From an uncultured Trueperaceae bacterium (GTDB taxonomy: Bacteria > Deinococcota > Deinococci > Deinococcales > Trueperaceae), in the NCBI GenBank assembly GCA_963727505.1, contig CAVSGP010000009.1, forward strand, positions 32,001 through 96,000: a stretch of 64,000 nt of DNA. The letters are read 5' to 3'. The stretch's first letter is position 1, and each line of letters opens with the position of its first letter. Of this stretch, positions 1-9,547 are shown in pieces. Position numbers and translations under genes: made by a program. The notes under the pieces were generated by a model, which saw only the letters and a list, made by a program, of their open reading frames with translations, was not told the DNA's origin and ran no database searches.

Positions 1-3000
1 CAGGGACATCCCGTGGTGATGCGCCATGAACGAGCGAACCACCATGTCCTGTCGGCCCAGCGGAAGGTGTGCGGGCGTGTAGTCGATGGCCTCGTAGAAG
101 CCGTAGCGTCCGACGCCGGCTGCCTCGGCGAGTCGTTGGAGATTCAACAGGGACTCCTGCTGTGCGAAGGGGAGCGCCATCAGGGTTGCGTAGGGAGCGA
201 TGACGCGCGCATCCGTTGCCGTGCGGGAGAGGGCAAGGTCGGGTACACCGAATGCCCGGTATTGATAGTTCTCATGTACGTCGGTCCGCGCATATCCGGA
301 CTCCGACACGCCCCACGGGATGTTGTGCGCCAGGCCGAAGGCGATCTGGCGCTGCACGGCGGAGCGGCTCGCGCGGCCCAGGAGGCTGTCGTGCGGCGTG
401 CGCATCATGAGCGACGGCATCAGGTACTCGAACATGGTGCCGCTCCATGACTGCAGCACGGGCTGCCCGCCAGCGAGCGCGAAGGGGCGGCCCAGGTGGA
501 CCCAATGTTCCTGGCGTACGCGCCCCAGCGCGATGGCGATGAAACTGCCGATCCTCGCCTCGGAGGCCAGCAGGTTGTACGCATGCTCGTCCGTCCGGCC
601 CGTGTCCACGTCGTAACCGATGCGGAAGACCTTGCGTCGGGCGTCGTAGAGCATGTCGAAGTCGGCCTCGCGGAGGTAGCGCTCGGCCTCTTCCGCGACG
701 TTGTGCGCGGCGCTGCGCAACTCGGCAAGCGCTGCTTGGGCAGCGATCACGGCGCGGCGCAGAAGGTCCTCGCTGCGCGCATCGTCTCCGGCCTCCTGGT
801 GCCCTTCGCGGTGAGGCGCGTCCCCCACGGACCGGAGGATGCGTGCGTAGATGTCGTCGAGCTCGACGAAGGTCGGCGAGGCCGGCCAAGCGGGCGCATG
901 ATCGTCGAACCCCGCCTTGCGTGTGCCGGGCGCCAACCAGGGGAGGAACAGGTCGCGTTCGCGTCGCATGCTCTCGGTGTGGCCATGCAGGCGTCCGGAC
1001 CACGTTGCGATCTCCTCGAGGACATCGCGGTCGAGGTGGGGTGCGGTCTTGCGCACCAGGTCGAGCACCAGCGCGTCCAAGGCCGGCAGGTCCTCGGCGA
1101 GGAGACGGTCGATCGTGTCGGACCAGCGCTCCGGTGCCTCGTCCAGCGCCTCGACCTTCGCTCGCAGGTCGGCGAGACCGGAGTCGATCGCCGACGTGTC
1201 GGAAGGAAGCGAGCGGGTGTTCTCTTCGAGCAGGTCGAGCAAGACGAGCACGCCATCGAACAGCGAGCGGTCCACGGGGCGCCGTTCCGGGATCTCCAGG
1301 CAGCCGTGCTTCACGATCACCAGACAGGCAAGGAAGTTGCCGCTGTCCACGAACGACACGTACCTCGGAGGCAGCGCCTGTAGCGTCTGCGTGTCGTACC
1401 AGTTGAGCAGGTGGCCACGCGAGCGTTCGAGCGTTGCCATCGTCGCGAAGGTGTTGCCGACCCGATGAAGGGTCGTTCGCGCGTCGAGGAAGCCCAGATC
1501 GTGCGCGGCGAGCGTGGACGTCAACAACAGTCCGATGTTGGTGGGGGAGGTGCGGTGCGCGATCACGCCGCGTGGCGCCTCCTGGAAGTGGTCCGGGGGT
1601 AGCCAGTGGTCGCCGGGACCCACGAACCGTTCGAAGTAGAACCAGGTGCGCCGCGCAATGGTCGCGAGCCAACGCTTCTGCTCGCTCTGCAGGGGCGGAT
1701 CGGCACGCTCGACGGTGCGTCCCGATCGGTAGGCGAGGGCGGGGGCGCCGAACCACGCCAGGAGGAGCGGCACGGCGAACGGCAGCGCAGCGGGTCGACT
1801 CCAGCCCACCAGCGCGGCGAGGGCAACGGCCGCCAGCGGCGCGATCGCCATCTCGCGCCAGGTGTCCAGGGGCCTGTCGCGCAGCTCGATGTCCCGAGCG
1901 GTGCGAGCCGCGTCGTGCCATGACAGCAGGTGCCGTCGCGACACGATCAGGCGCCACAGCGTGAGGCTGATCGCCGAGATGGAGACGGCAGCGGTGGCCG
2001 GGAGGAAAGCGAGGTCGGCGAGCCAGCGGCGCGCTTCGCCGACCCAGGTCGACGTTCCCCGTTCCTGGCGTCGGAGCGAGCGCGTCAGGCCAGCGAGGCG
2101 GCCCAACAGGAAAGGAACCACGGACACGCCTAGAACGAGTAGCGTCCATGCCCACGTCGGGCCGGGGACCAGGGTCCAGACCAGAGCGAGCGACAGCGCC
2201 AGAGAGGGCGCCGACAGGCTGCGGATGAGGTTCTGGAGGATCAACCATCGCGTCAGCCATGGCAGCGGATTGGCGTCGCGGCCAGCGCCGGGCGCCGGAA
2301 CGCTACGGCCCAGCCAGGGGAGCAACTGCCAGTCGCCCCGGACCCATCGGTGCAGGCGGCGCGCGTAGGAGAGGTATGTGGTGGGGTAGCTCTCCAGCAC
2401 GACGACGTCGCTTACGAGGCCGGCCCGGCCCAACCCACCCTCGAACAAGTCGTGACTCAGGATGCTGTTCTCGGGCACCCTCCCGCGGTCGACCCGTGTG
2501 ACCGCAGCAACGTCGTAGATGCCCTTCCCGACGAAGATCCCGTCACCGAACAGATCCATGTACGGATCCGACACCGCTCGGGCATACAGGTCGACACCGG
2601 CGCTGCCCGCGAACACGCGGCTGAAGGGGCTGCGCGCCCCATGCGTGGGAAGGATGTCGACGCGAGGTTGCAGGACCGTATAGCCCCGTGCCAGCGAGCC
2701 ATCTTCCCCGAAGCGAGGCCGCACGAGAGGATGGGCCAGGGTGCCGGCGAGGCGGGCGGCGGCGCCCGGCGGCAGCACGGTGTCGGTATCGAGCGTGATG
2801 ACGAAGGCGTAGCCGGCCGGGCCGTCACCCGTAACGCCTTCCGGGAGAACGTAACTGCCGCGCTCGCCGCGATCGAGCCAGGCGTTCAACTCGCCCAGCT
2901 TGCCGCGCTTGCGCTCCCACCCCATCCAACACCCCTCGGACGGGTTCCAGCGCCGTTCACGGTGCATGAGGTAGAAGCGCGTGTCGGGATGGCGCGCGCG

Positions 3001-4335
3001 GAGGATCTCGAGGTGCCTGTCGAGCGACGCGAGCAGCGGGCCGTCTTCCGGCAGGACACGCTCGGGTGCGTCCGCGAAGTCCGTCAGGACCACGAAGCCT
3101 ATGTTGGCGTCCCGGTTGCCGACGGCGTGGCGTTCGAGCTGCGCGAAGACGAACTGAATGTCGCGTTCCGAGGAGACCAGCGTGGGGATCGCAACGAGGG
3201 TCCGGGCGGTGTCCGGCACGCCGTCCGAGAAGTCCAATTTCGGGAGCATCCTCGGCGGGAGCAGGTGCGTGATCACGTAGTGCACCAGGACCTCGGCCGC
3301 GGCGGCGGCAGGGGCGAAGAGGGCGACGAGCAGCAGAGGGAGGGACGCCCGCGCGCCGTTCCACGCTGCCAGGAGCGCGGCGCCCGCCAGGATGAGGCAG
3401 GCGATCGTGCCGATGGCGGTGAGGTAGAAAGGCGCCCGACTACGGCGAGCCCAGCCGCGGAAGGTCCCGCCGAGGCCCACGCGGACACCGAGCCGCCTCT
3501 CGAGCATGCTGCGCCCCTGCCCGTACAGAAGCGTACCCACGTGTTCGGTGTCGGCCGCCTCGCCGGCGATGCGCACGGCCTCGGCAGCGACGTCAGCCTC
3601 GGAGCGTCCGCTTCGCCGTGCGACGGCCTCGACGATCCGGCGATAAGCATCGCGCGTCGCGAGGTCCATCTGGGCATACAAGCCGGCGGGATCGCCGCGC
3701 AGGCAACGTTCGATGACGCTGAGTGACTCGACGAACTCCGTCCAGTCCTGCTGGTCGATCGCGTGCAGACCTTGCACGATTGCGGCGATCGTGCCCTCGT
3801 CGCCTGCGATCTCGTGACGCGCGAGAAGCTCCCGGTCCGCTGTTTCGACGAGGCGCTCGAGCGAAGCGACACGAAGCATGGAGGGCAGGGCCCACAGCTC
3901 GGCCAGCGTGAGGGGAGCGATGCGCTGGTAGGCATCGACGAATTCTTCGAGCACGGTGATCTGCATGCGCCCGCGGAGACGGTCCAGGAACGCCTCGATC
4001 AGTTCCACGATGCGAACGGGAGTCTCGGCGCCTTGTCTCACGCACGGCAGTACCCGGTAGAAGGCATCGGACACGTCTTCGCTCGCCTGCCGCAGGGTAC
4101 GGAACACGAGATAGTCGTTGTCCAGCAACCAGCGCTGGCCGCTGGTGACCAGCTGTTCATCACGCGGCAAGCGCCCGTACAGCGAGCGAGCACGCGCCCG
4201 GACCAGGTCGATGCGGCGATGCATGTTGCGTGGCGACCCGCGACAGGGCGCCAACCTGTGCATCGCGGCGAGCGCTTCGGCCTGCTGCGTCAGCGTCTCG
4301 ATGTCGACAGGTGGTACCGGGGGACCTTCGGTCAC
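1..4335 (-). CDS. Cyclic beta-1,2-glucan synthase family protein (Cgs/ChvB/NdvB-like), 3'-truncated by window edge
   Basis: Absent from the ORF track because it runs off the window. Manual minus-strand translation gives WLLDNDY (~4130), WMGWERKRGKL (~2925), LSHDLFEG, RWVRGDWQLLPW (~2340), YNLLASEARI, SWSGTMFEYLMP (~435), PWGVSES and RSFMAHHHGMSL (1-36); the motifs I checked share one frame. GTG start overlaps the USP stop (GTGA). Confidence 0.88.
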   Translation of the reverse strand, partial: MTEGPPVPPVDIETLTQQAEALAAMHRLAPCRGSPRNMHRRIDLVRARARSLYGRLPRDEQLVTSGQRWLLDNDYLVFRTLRQASEDVSDAFYRVLPCVRQGAETPVRIVELIEAFLDRLRGRMQITVLEEFVDAYQRIAPLTLAELWALPSMLRVASLERLVETADRELLARHEIAGDEGTIAAIVQGLHAIDQQDWTEFVESLSVIERCLRGDPAGLYAQMDLATRDAYRRIVEAVARRSGRSEADVAAEAVRIAGEAADTEHVGTLLYGQGRSMLERRLGVRVGLGGTFRGWARRSRAPFYLTAIGTIACLILAGAALLAAWNGARASLPLLLVALFAPAAAAAEVLVHYVITHLLPPRMLPKLDFSDGVPDTARTLVAIPTLVSSERDIQFVFAQLERHAVGNRDANIGFVVLTDFADAPERVLPEDGPLLASLDRHLEILRARHPDTRFYLMHRERRWNPSEGCWMGWERKRGKLGELNAWLDRGERGSYVLPEGVTGDGPAGYAFVITLDTDTVLPPGAAARLAGTLAHPLVRPRFGEDGSLARGYTVLQPRVDILPTHGARSPFSRVFAGSAGVDLYARAVSDPYMDLFGDGIFVGKGIYDVAAVTRVDRGRVPENSILSHDLFEGGLGRAGLVSDVVVLESYPTTYLSYARRLHRWVRGDWQLLPWLGRSVPAPGAGRDANPLPWLTRWLILQNLIRSLSAPSLALSLALVWTLVPGPTWAWTLLVLGVSVVPFLLGRLAGLTRSLRRQERGTSTWVGEARRWLADLAFLPATAAVSISAISLTLWRLIVSRRHLLSWHDAARTARDIELRDRPLDTWREMAIAPLAAVALAALVGWSRPAALPFAVPLLLAWFGAPALAYRSGRTVERADPPLQSEQKRWLATIARRTWFYFERFVGPGDHWLPPDHFQEAPRGVIAHRTSPTNIGLLLTSTLAAHDLGFLDARTTLHRVGNTFATMATLERSRGHLLNWYDTQTLQALPPRYVSFVDSGNFLACLVIVKHGCLEIPERRPVDRSLFDGVLVLLDLLEENTRSLPSDTSAIDSGLADLRAKVEALDEAPERWSDTIDRLLAEDLPALDALVLDLVRKTAPHLDRDVLEEIATWSGRLHGHTESMRRERDLFLPWLAPGTRKAGFDDHAPAWPASPTFVELDDIYARILRSVGDAPHREGHQEAGDDARSEDLLRRAVIAAQAALAELRSAAHNVAEEAERYLREADFDMLYDARRKVFRIGYDVDTGRTDEHAYNLLASEARIGSFIAIALGRVRQEHWVHLGRPFALAGGQPVLQSWSGTMFEYLMPSLMMRTPHDSLLGRASRSAVQRQIAFGLAHNIPWGVSESGYARTDVHENYQYRAFGVPDLALSRTATDARVIAPYATLMALPFAQQESLLNLQRLAEAAGVGRYGFYEAIDYTPAHLPLGRQDMVVRSFMAHHHGMSL

Positions 4336-5300
4336 GAGCGCCCGGCTTGCTCATGGGCCGCCAGACGGGCGGGGCTGGCCTCGATCTCCTCGCGCGGACG
4401 GTCCTGCACGACCAGCATCGGCCGACCGCCGTACAGGAGGAACTTCTCCGTGATCTCCCCGAACGGGCGCCGCGCGCTGCCGGTGGCGCCATGGGCGCTC
4501 ATCACGATCAGATCGACGTCTTCTTGACCGGCGAGCTCCTCGAGCGCAGCGGCCGGATCGTCACCGGCGAGGACGTGAATGCGCACTTGGCGGCCGGCGT
4601 TCGCGAGATCTCGGCCCAGTTCGTTTAGGTACGCCGAGGCGTGTCGGCGAACGAGACTGCCAAGGCCGTCGACGATCGCTTGTTCGTCCTCGGTGAGCGG
4701 GAGCCGATGGGGTACCTCGGGAGGTCGCACGACGTGACCGAGGAGCAGCGCCGCGCCGTGCTTGTCGGCGATGCGATGGACGATGGGGAGCACGCATTCG
4801 GCCCGTCGCGAGCCGTCGAGCGGGACGAGCACCTTCTCGAATCGCGCGTCACCGTCGTCTCGCGGCCCTTCGATGAACGCCCGAACCAGGAGCAGAGACA
4901 CGTGAACCCCGAGAGCGGTCTTGTGGGCCACCGCACCGAGCTCGGCCCCCGTTACTCCGGTCCGCCCGTGACTGGCCAGCGCGACGAGGTCGACACCCTC
5001 CCTGTGGACCTGCTCGATGATGGAGGTTGCCGGGTTCCCCTCGAAAATCCGGACGTCCGCGGAGAGGCCTCTTTGCTCCAGGCGCTTGGCGACGCCGGCC
5101 AGATACGAGGCCGCAGCATCCTGGTGCAGTTGCCACGCGACCGGATCGGTCGGCTGCACACGCCCGGCCGTCGTCGGGATCTCGAGCACGCGCAGCAGCG
5201 AGACCCGTGCGCCCGTGAGCAAGGCGATGGCCGTGACGTGAGGCAAGACGCACTCGGCAGCCAGCGACTCGTCCAGCGGGACCAGGATGTGCTCGAACAT
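4332..5300 (-). CDS. Universal stress protein, two USP domains
   Basis: MFEHILVPLDES...DLVALASHGRTG and a second FEKVLVPLDGS...DLIVMSAHG domain; GAGGAG SD upstream. Confidence 0.92.
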   Translation of the reverse strand: MFEHILVPLDESLAAECVLPHVTAIALLTGARVSLLRVLEIPTTAGRVQPTDPVAWQLHQDAAASYLAGVAKRLEQRGLSADVRIFEGNPATSIIEQVHREGVDLVALASHGRTGVTGAELGAVAHKTALGVHVSLLLVRAFIEGPRDDGDARFEKVLVPLDGSRRAECVLPIVHRIADKHGAALLLGHVVRPPEVPHRLPLTEDEQAIVDGLGSLVRRHASAYLNELGRDLANAGRQVRIHVLAGDDPAAALEELAGQEDVDLIVMSAHGATGSARRPFGEITEKFLLYGGRPMLVVQDRPREEIEASPARLAAHEQAGRS

Positions 5301-5532
5301 GGTGCTCCTCCGGCCGCGCCAGGCTCCCCATCCCGCCTTTGCGTGGCGGCCTCTGGGACGGGCACCGTTGGGACAACGAGGATTGTGAAGCCACGTCGGG
5401 CTCGGGGAGCGCGCACTTCCATGGTACTGCCCCGCCGGTGGCGTGGCCGCCCTGGCCGCACATCACGGTCCTCGAGAGCTGCGGCGGAGGCCTGGCCGGC
5501 ACCAGCAGCGCTACCGATCCTGGAGATGCGCC

Positions 5533-5546
5533 TGGCAACGTTGCCA
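5533..5546. promoter_or_regulatory. Perfect 14-bp palindrome TGGCAACGTTGCCA, LacI-family operator-like
   Basis: Palindrome read directly; central CG and TG..CA ends are typical of LacI-family sites; about 230 bp upstream of the USP start. Confidence 0.45.
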
Positions 5547-5599
5547 AGCCATTTCAGCGAAGGTCCGCTGCATCGCGGTGCGTCTGCCTGCTCGGATCC

Positions 5600-6211
5600 T
5601 CAGGTCCCGCCCAGTCCGAGCAGCTCATAGGTGGACTTGCCGGCCCTGATCTGATCGATGAGCTCTCGTTCGAAGGCGTCGCGTTCGCGCGCCGCTGTGA
5701 CCACGTCGTGAAGACGATTCGCCGTTACGATCACGACGCCATCGGCGTCGCCCACGATGACGTCTCCTGAGTGAATGGTGACGCCGCCGATGTCGATCGC
5801 TTCGTCGATCGAACCGCGATCGAGCTTGCTGCAGCTACCGACGGCTGCGCCGGCGGCGAAGACGGGGAAGCCGAGGCGTTCGATCTCCGCCGTGTCCCGG
5901 ACCGCGCCGTCCGTTACGAGCCCGCGCACGGATCGCGCAAGAGCCGCTTCCGTCATCACCTCGCCCCAGGCGCCGTGCAGGAGGTCTCGCCCGGTGGCAA
6001 CCACCAGCACCTCGCCGGGCCGGGCCGTCGTCAAGGCGAGGTGGAGCGCGAGGTTGTCGCCGGTGCTACTCCGGATGCATCGGGCGGGACCGCATACGCG
6101 AGCGCCGTGCCAGACCGGCCGGATGAGCGGGTCGAGCATGCCTTGTTTGCCGGACGCCTCGTAGATGGTGGCGGCTCCGTACCGAGCCAGTTCCGAGTGT
6201 GGTTCTCGCAC
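5600..6211 (-). CDS. RraA family / 4-hydroxy-4-methyl-2-oxoglutarate aldolase-like protein
   Basis: GDNLALH, GAWGEVMT, DGAVRD and GDVIVGDADGVV motifs; GTG start after AGGAGG. Confidence 0.85.
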   Translation of the reverse strand: MREPHSELARYGAATIYEASGKQGMLDPLIRPVWHGARVCGPARCIRSSTGDNLALHLALTTARPGEVLVVATGRDLLHGAWGEVMTEAALARSVRGLVTDGAVRDTAEIERLGFPVFAAGAAVGSCSKLDRGSIDEAIDIGGVTIHSGDVIVGDADGVVIVTANRLHDVVTAARERDAFERELIDQIRAGKSTYELLGLGGT

Positions 6212-6335
6212 CTCGTGCCTCCTACCCTGCCCGCCACGGTGGGAACGGGCAGCATGGTACGCGTGGACGGCGGGGAGCCGGTGTGCGCCTGCCGCGATGC
6301 GTGATGGCGGTCGGAGCTCCCCAGGCGCGAAGGAC

Positions 6336-6641
6336 CTACTGCTCGACGGCCCCCAGGCGAGCTCGCAGGAGGGCCTTGCCGGGCCAGCCCTTGCCCTCGT
6401 TGTCGAGGTAGCGACGACACGCCATGACCGGTGGCCCATCGTAGCCTTCGAGGTCGCGCCCTTCGATCCGGATGGTGGGGGATCCCGCGAATCCGTTGCG
6501 CTCGTTCGCTTCGAGGTGATCCAGGTTGCGCAGGCGCACGCTGGCATTCAGATCGAGCTCGACGAGCACGCTGCCGAGGTCGTCCCAGGCTGTGCGCCAG
6601 GAGGGGCAGTGGTCGAAGTAGATGAGCTCGATCTCTACCAT
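6336..6641 (-). CDS. Thioredoxin-fold protein (DUF2703-like)
   Basis: YFDHCPSW, FAGSPTIRIEGRD and ACRRY motifs; TACGCT -10 box 6 nt upstream of ATG (leaderless). Confidence 0.72.
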   Translation of the reverse strand: MVEIELIYFDHCPSWRTAWDDLGSVLVELDLNASVRLRNLDHLEANERNGFAGSPTIRIEGRDLEGYDGPPVMACRRYLDNEGKGWPGKALLRARLGAVEQ

Positions 6642-6797
6642 GGCCTCAGCGTAGGACGCGGGGCAGGGGATCGACGTTCGATGAGGGCGTGAACAAGAAC
6701 GTGGCCGAGGACGTGGCGTACGCGGCGCGAGGTGCGAGCGGCGGTGCGGGCCGCCGGTGAGCGTGGGGCATGTTCGGGCTGTGCGCGGGGGCTGCGT

Positions 6798-7133
6798 TCA
6801 GCTTCCGTGGAGGTCCTCCGGGTCGACGGTCCGCAGGTTGAGGATCTCGGCGTCGAAGTGCTGGCCGCGGTCAGCGCCTTCGAAGATGACGGCGTCGATG
6901 AAGCGGCGCGGGTTGGCGCGGGTGGGGTCATAGGTGACGGTGGCGCGTTGCGCGTCGTAGTCCAGACTGGCGTCGTATGCGCCATCGACACGTTCCAAGG
7001 CGCGGGTGATGCGTTCGACGCAATGGCGGCAGCCGAGGCCGAGGATGAGGAGCGTGGCTTCGGCCAGGGGCACCACTGGGCTCGAGGGCTCCAAGGGTCG
7101 GTCGTTCTGCGGCGACGGAGTGTCGCTAGCCAT
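6798..7133 (-). CDS. Heavy-metal-associated (HMA/CopZ-like) domain protein
   Basis: GLGCRHCV CxxC motif followed by an HMA-like pattern; ATG chosen after GGAAGGA. Confidence 0.75.
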   Translation of the reverse strand: MASDTPSPQNDRPLEPSSPVVPLAEATLLILGLGCRHCVERITRALERVDGAYDASLDYDAQRATVTYDPTRANPRRFIDAVIFEGADRGQHFDAEILNLRTVDPEDLHGS

Positions 7134-7463
7134 GGGGAGTTCCTTCCGGGTGGACAGGTGATCGACGACCTGTCGCAGGGGGGTGCGGGTGGCGGTCCTC
7201 ATGGTCTACCTCAAGATGGCCTTAGGATGGCCAGCTGGCGCCCATCCTCTCGCCTCGTGACGGCGGCCACTAGGGACTTTTATCCTTGCCGGGACAAATG
7301 TCCTGACGCCTCGTCGTTGTGCAAGATTCTCGCGCAGGAGCGCGACGACGGTTCGCCTCCTGCGGCGGGATCTCGGGGGCTCGTTCGAGGCTCACCGCAA
7401 GGCGGCAATGAGGGCCCGGAACACGACATGCAAACCCTGACGTGGAGTACGATAGCAACCTAG

Positions 7464-8912
7464 ATGGCACTAGCCAAGGTGATCCAAGGTGGCATGGGGG
7501 CGGCGGTTTCCGACTGGCGTCTGGCTCGCGCGGTGTCGTCACGAGGGCAACTCGGTGTCGTTTCGGCGACCGGTATCGACACGGTCCTGGTCAGGCGCCT
7601 TCAAGACGGCGATCCGGAAGGTGTCATCCGTAGGGCCATGGCGGCATTCCCGTCCCAGGATCTCGTGGCATCGGTGCTTCGCCAGTACTTCCTTCCCGAC
7701 GGTCGCGCTCCCGGCGCACGCTACAAGCGGTCACCGAAGCCGAGTGTCGCAGGACTCCGCCTACCTCTGCAACAGGCACTCACGATGCTCGGGGCCTACG
7801 TCGAAGTCTTTCTGGCCAAGGAAGGACATTCCGGTAGGGTCGGCGTCAATCTGCTCACGAAAATCCAATTGCCGAATCTGGCTTCGCTCTATGGGTCGAT
7901 GCTTGCCGGCGTGGATTACGTGCTGATGGGTGCCGGCATCCCGCGGGAGATTCCCGGCGCCCTGGATCGGCTGGCGCAACACTTGCCGGTGTCGCTCAGA
8001 CTCGATGCGAGCCGGCCGGACCAGGGTGACCGCCCCTCCGCTGACGCTCCAACCGTGGACTTCGTTCCAGCGGAGTTCGGTGCCGAGGGGCGCCGGGAGC
8101 TGAAGCGCCCGGATTTCCTTCCGATCGTGGCTTCGCACGCTCTGGCCGGCGTTCTGCAGAAGAAGGCTACGGGTTCTGTCGAGGGTTTCGTCGTGGAGGG
8201 GCCCACCGCGGGAGGGCACAATGCGCCACCACGTGGGAAGAGCATCTTCGACGAGGCTGGACAACCGGTCTACGGCGAGCGCGATGTCGTCGATCTCGAC
8301 AAGATGCGTGACCTCGGCGTTCCCTTCTGGTTGGCGGGAGGGTACGGCTCCCATGAGGGACTGCAGGAAGCCCTCGCGCAAGGGGCTGCCGGTATCCAGG
8401 TAGGAACGCTGTTCGCCTACTGCCGCGAATCCGGAATCGCGACCGCGTTGAAGGAGCGGGTCCTCGAGCAGGCTGCTGCTGGTCGGGTCACGGTACGTAC
8501 CGATCCGCGTGCGTCCCCAACCGGTTTTCCCTTCAAGGTGGTCGCGCTGCCGGGTAGCGCCTCGGACGAGGAAGTCTACGGCGCACGGCGACGCGTATGC
8601 GACCTGGGCTACCTGCGGGAGGTGTACCAGACGGAAGAGGGGGGTGTCGGGTACCGCTGCGCAGCCGAGCCGGTGGAGGATTACGTCAGGAAGGGCGGCG
8701 ACGCTGCCAACACGGTGGGAAGGAAGTGCCTGTGCAATGCCCTCCTGGCCAACGTGGGCGCAGGCCAGCCCAGGAAGGGTGGTTCCAGCGAGCCGCCGCT
8801 GCTGACGAGCGGTGACGATTTCTCCTCGGTCGCGCGCATGTTGGGCCCTGGACGGTCCTCATATTCGGCCGGAGACGTGCTCGCCTATCTCCTCGGCGAT
8901 GAGGCCGTGTGA
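7464..8912 (+). CDS. Nitronate monooxygenase family FMN oxidoreductase (long, Cys-rich C-terminus)
   Basis: IQGGMG, MGAGIP, EGPTAGGHN, LAGG and GIQVGTLF motifs; C-terminal CDLGYL/YRC/CLCN. Confidence 0.82.
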   Translation: MALAKVIQGGMGAAVSDWRLARAVSSRGQLGVVSATGIDTVLVRRLQDGDPEGVIRRAMAAFPSQDLVASVLRQYFLPDGRAPGARYKRSPKPSVAGLRLPLQQALTMLGAYVEVFLAKEGHSGRVGVNLLTKIQLPNLASLYGSMLAGVDYVLMGAGIPREIPGALDRLAQHLPVSLRLDASRPDQGDRPSADAPTVDFVPAEFGAEGRRELKRPDFLPIVASHALAGVLQKKATGSVEGFVVEGPTAGGHNAPPRGKSIFDEAGQPVYGERDVVDLDKMRDLGVPFWLAGGYGSHEGLQEALAQGAAGIQVGTLFAYCRESGIATALKERVLEQAAAGRVTVRTDPRASPTGFPFKVVALPGSASDEEVYGARRRVCDLGYLREVYQTEEGGVGYRCAAEPVEDYVRKGGDAANTVGRKCLCNALLANVGAGQPRKGGSSEPPLLTSGDDFSSVARMLGPGRSSYSAGDVLAYLLGDEAV

Positions 8913-9110
8913 CGCTGCTGGTTGTCGCGCTTGTCGGCGGAACTGTCGTAACCCCACTGTCGTAAGCCCACTATCCAGGACGTAGAAGCAGGCGATCCGA
9001 CCATCCCGTCGACAGGGATGACCTTTCGACGAGTGCCGGTGCCGCCTCGTCGGTGCCGGCAACAGCGGCCGGCCGGCTCGGCCTGGTGCCGGTCGACCCC
9101 GCGGTCCGGT

Positions 9111-9461
9111 CTAGTACGTAACGATGCGATCGGCTTCCACCACCCACCGCGCCAGCTCGTCCATGGTGCTGCGGCCGACGCCGTCGAGGAGATCGGCCGC
9201 GTCGAGTCCGCGCGCGTCCATGCAGGTCCCGCATGCGCCCACATCGCCGCCGCGCGTGAGAACGCCGCGCAGCATGCGCTCGAGGTTGTAGTAGCCGTCC
9301 GGCGTCGTCTGTCCGGCGCGGGCGCAGCCGACCGCGTCGGCCATGAGGAAGACACGCACGGTCACGTCGTCCTGCCTCGCGAGCTGGAGGGCGAGGCGAA
9401 GCCCGTTGTAGCTGCGTTCGGTTCCGTAGGGGGGATCGTTCAGGATGAGCAGGATGGTCAT
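9111..9461 (-). CDS. DsrE/YchN family protein
   Basis: MTILLILNDPPYGTERSYNGLRLA, VFLMADAVGCA and ACGTCMDARG. Confidence 0.88.
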   Translation of the reverse strand: MTILLILNDPPYGTERSYNGLRLALQLARQDDVTVRVFLMADAVGCARAGQTTPDGYYNLERMLRGVLTRGGDVGACGTCMDARGLDAADLLDGVGRSTMDELARWVVEADRIVTY

Positions 9462-9547
9462 GACGGCAGCCTTGCCTTCTGCGCGCTGCCGCACCAGGGC
9501 CTTCCGCCCCGGGCGCCGCTGTCGGCGCGCTCCGGGTCCGTCCTCGG

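Noticed and set aside
272..2260. 662-aa minus-strand ORF and plus-strand ORFs such as 2350..3726
   Set aside because: Arg/Pro/Ala-rich shadow frames of the Cgs-like gene, which carries the conserved motifs in another frame.
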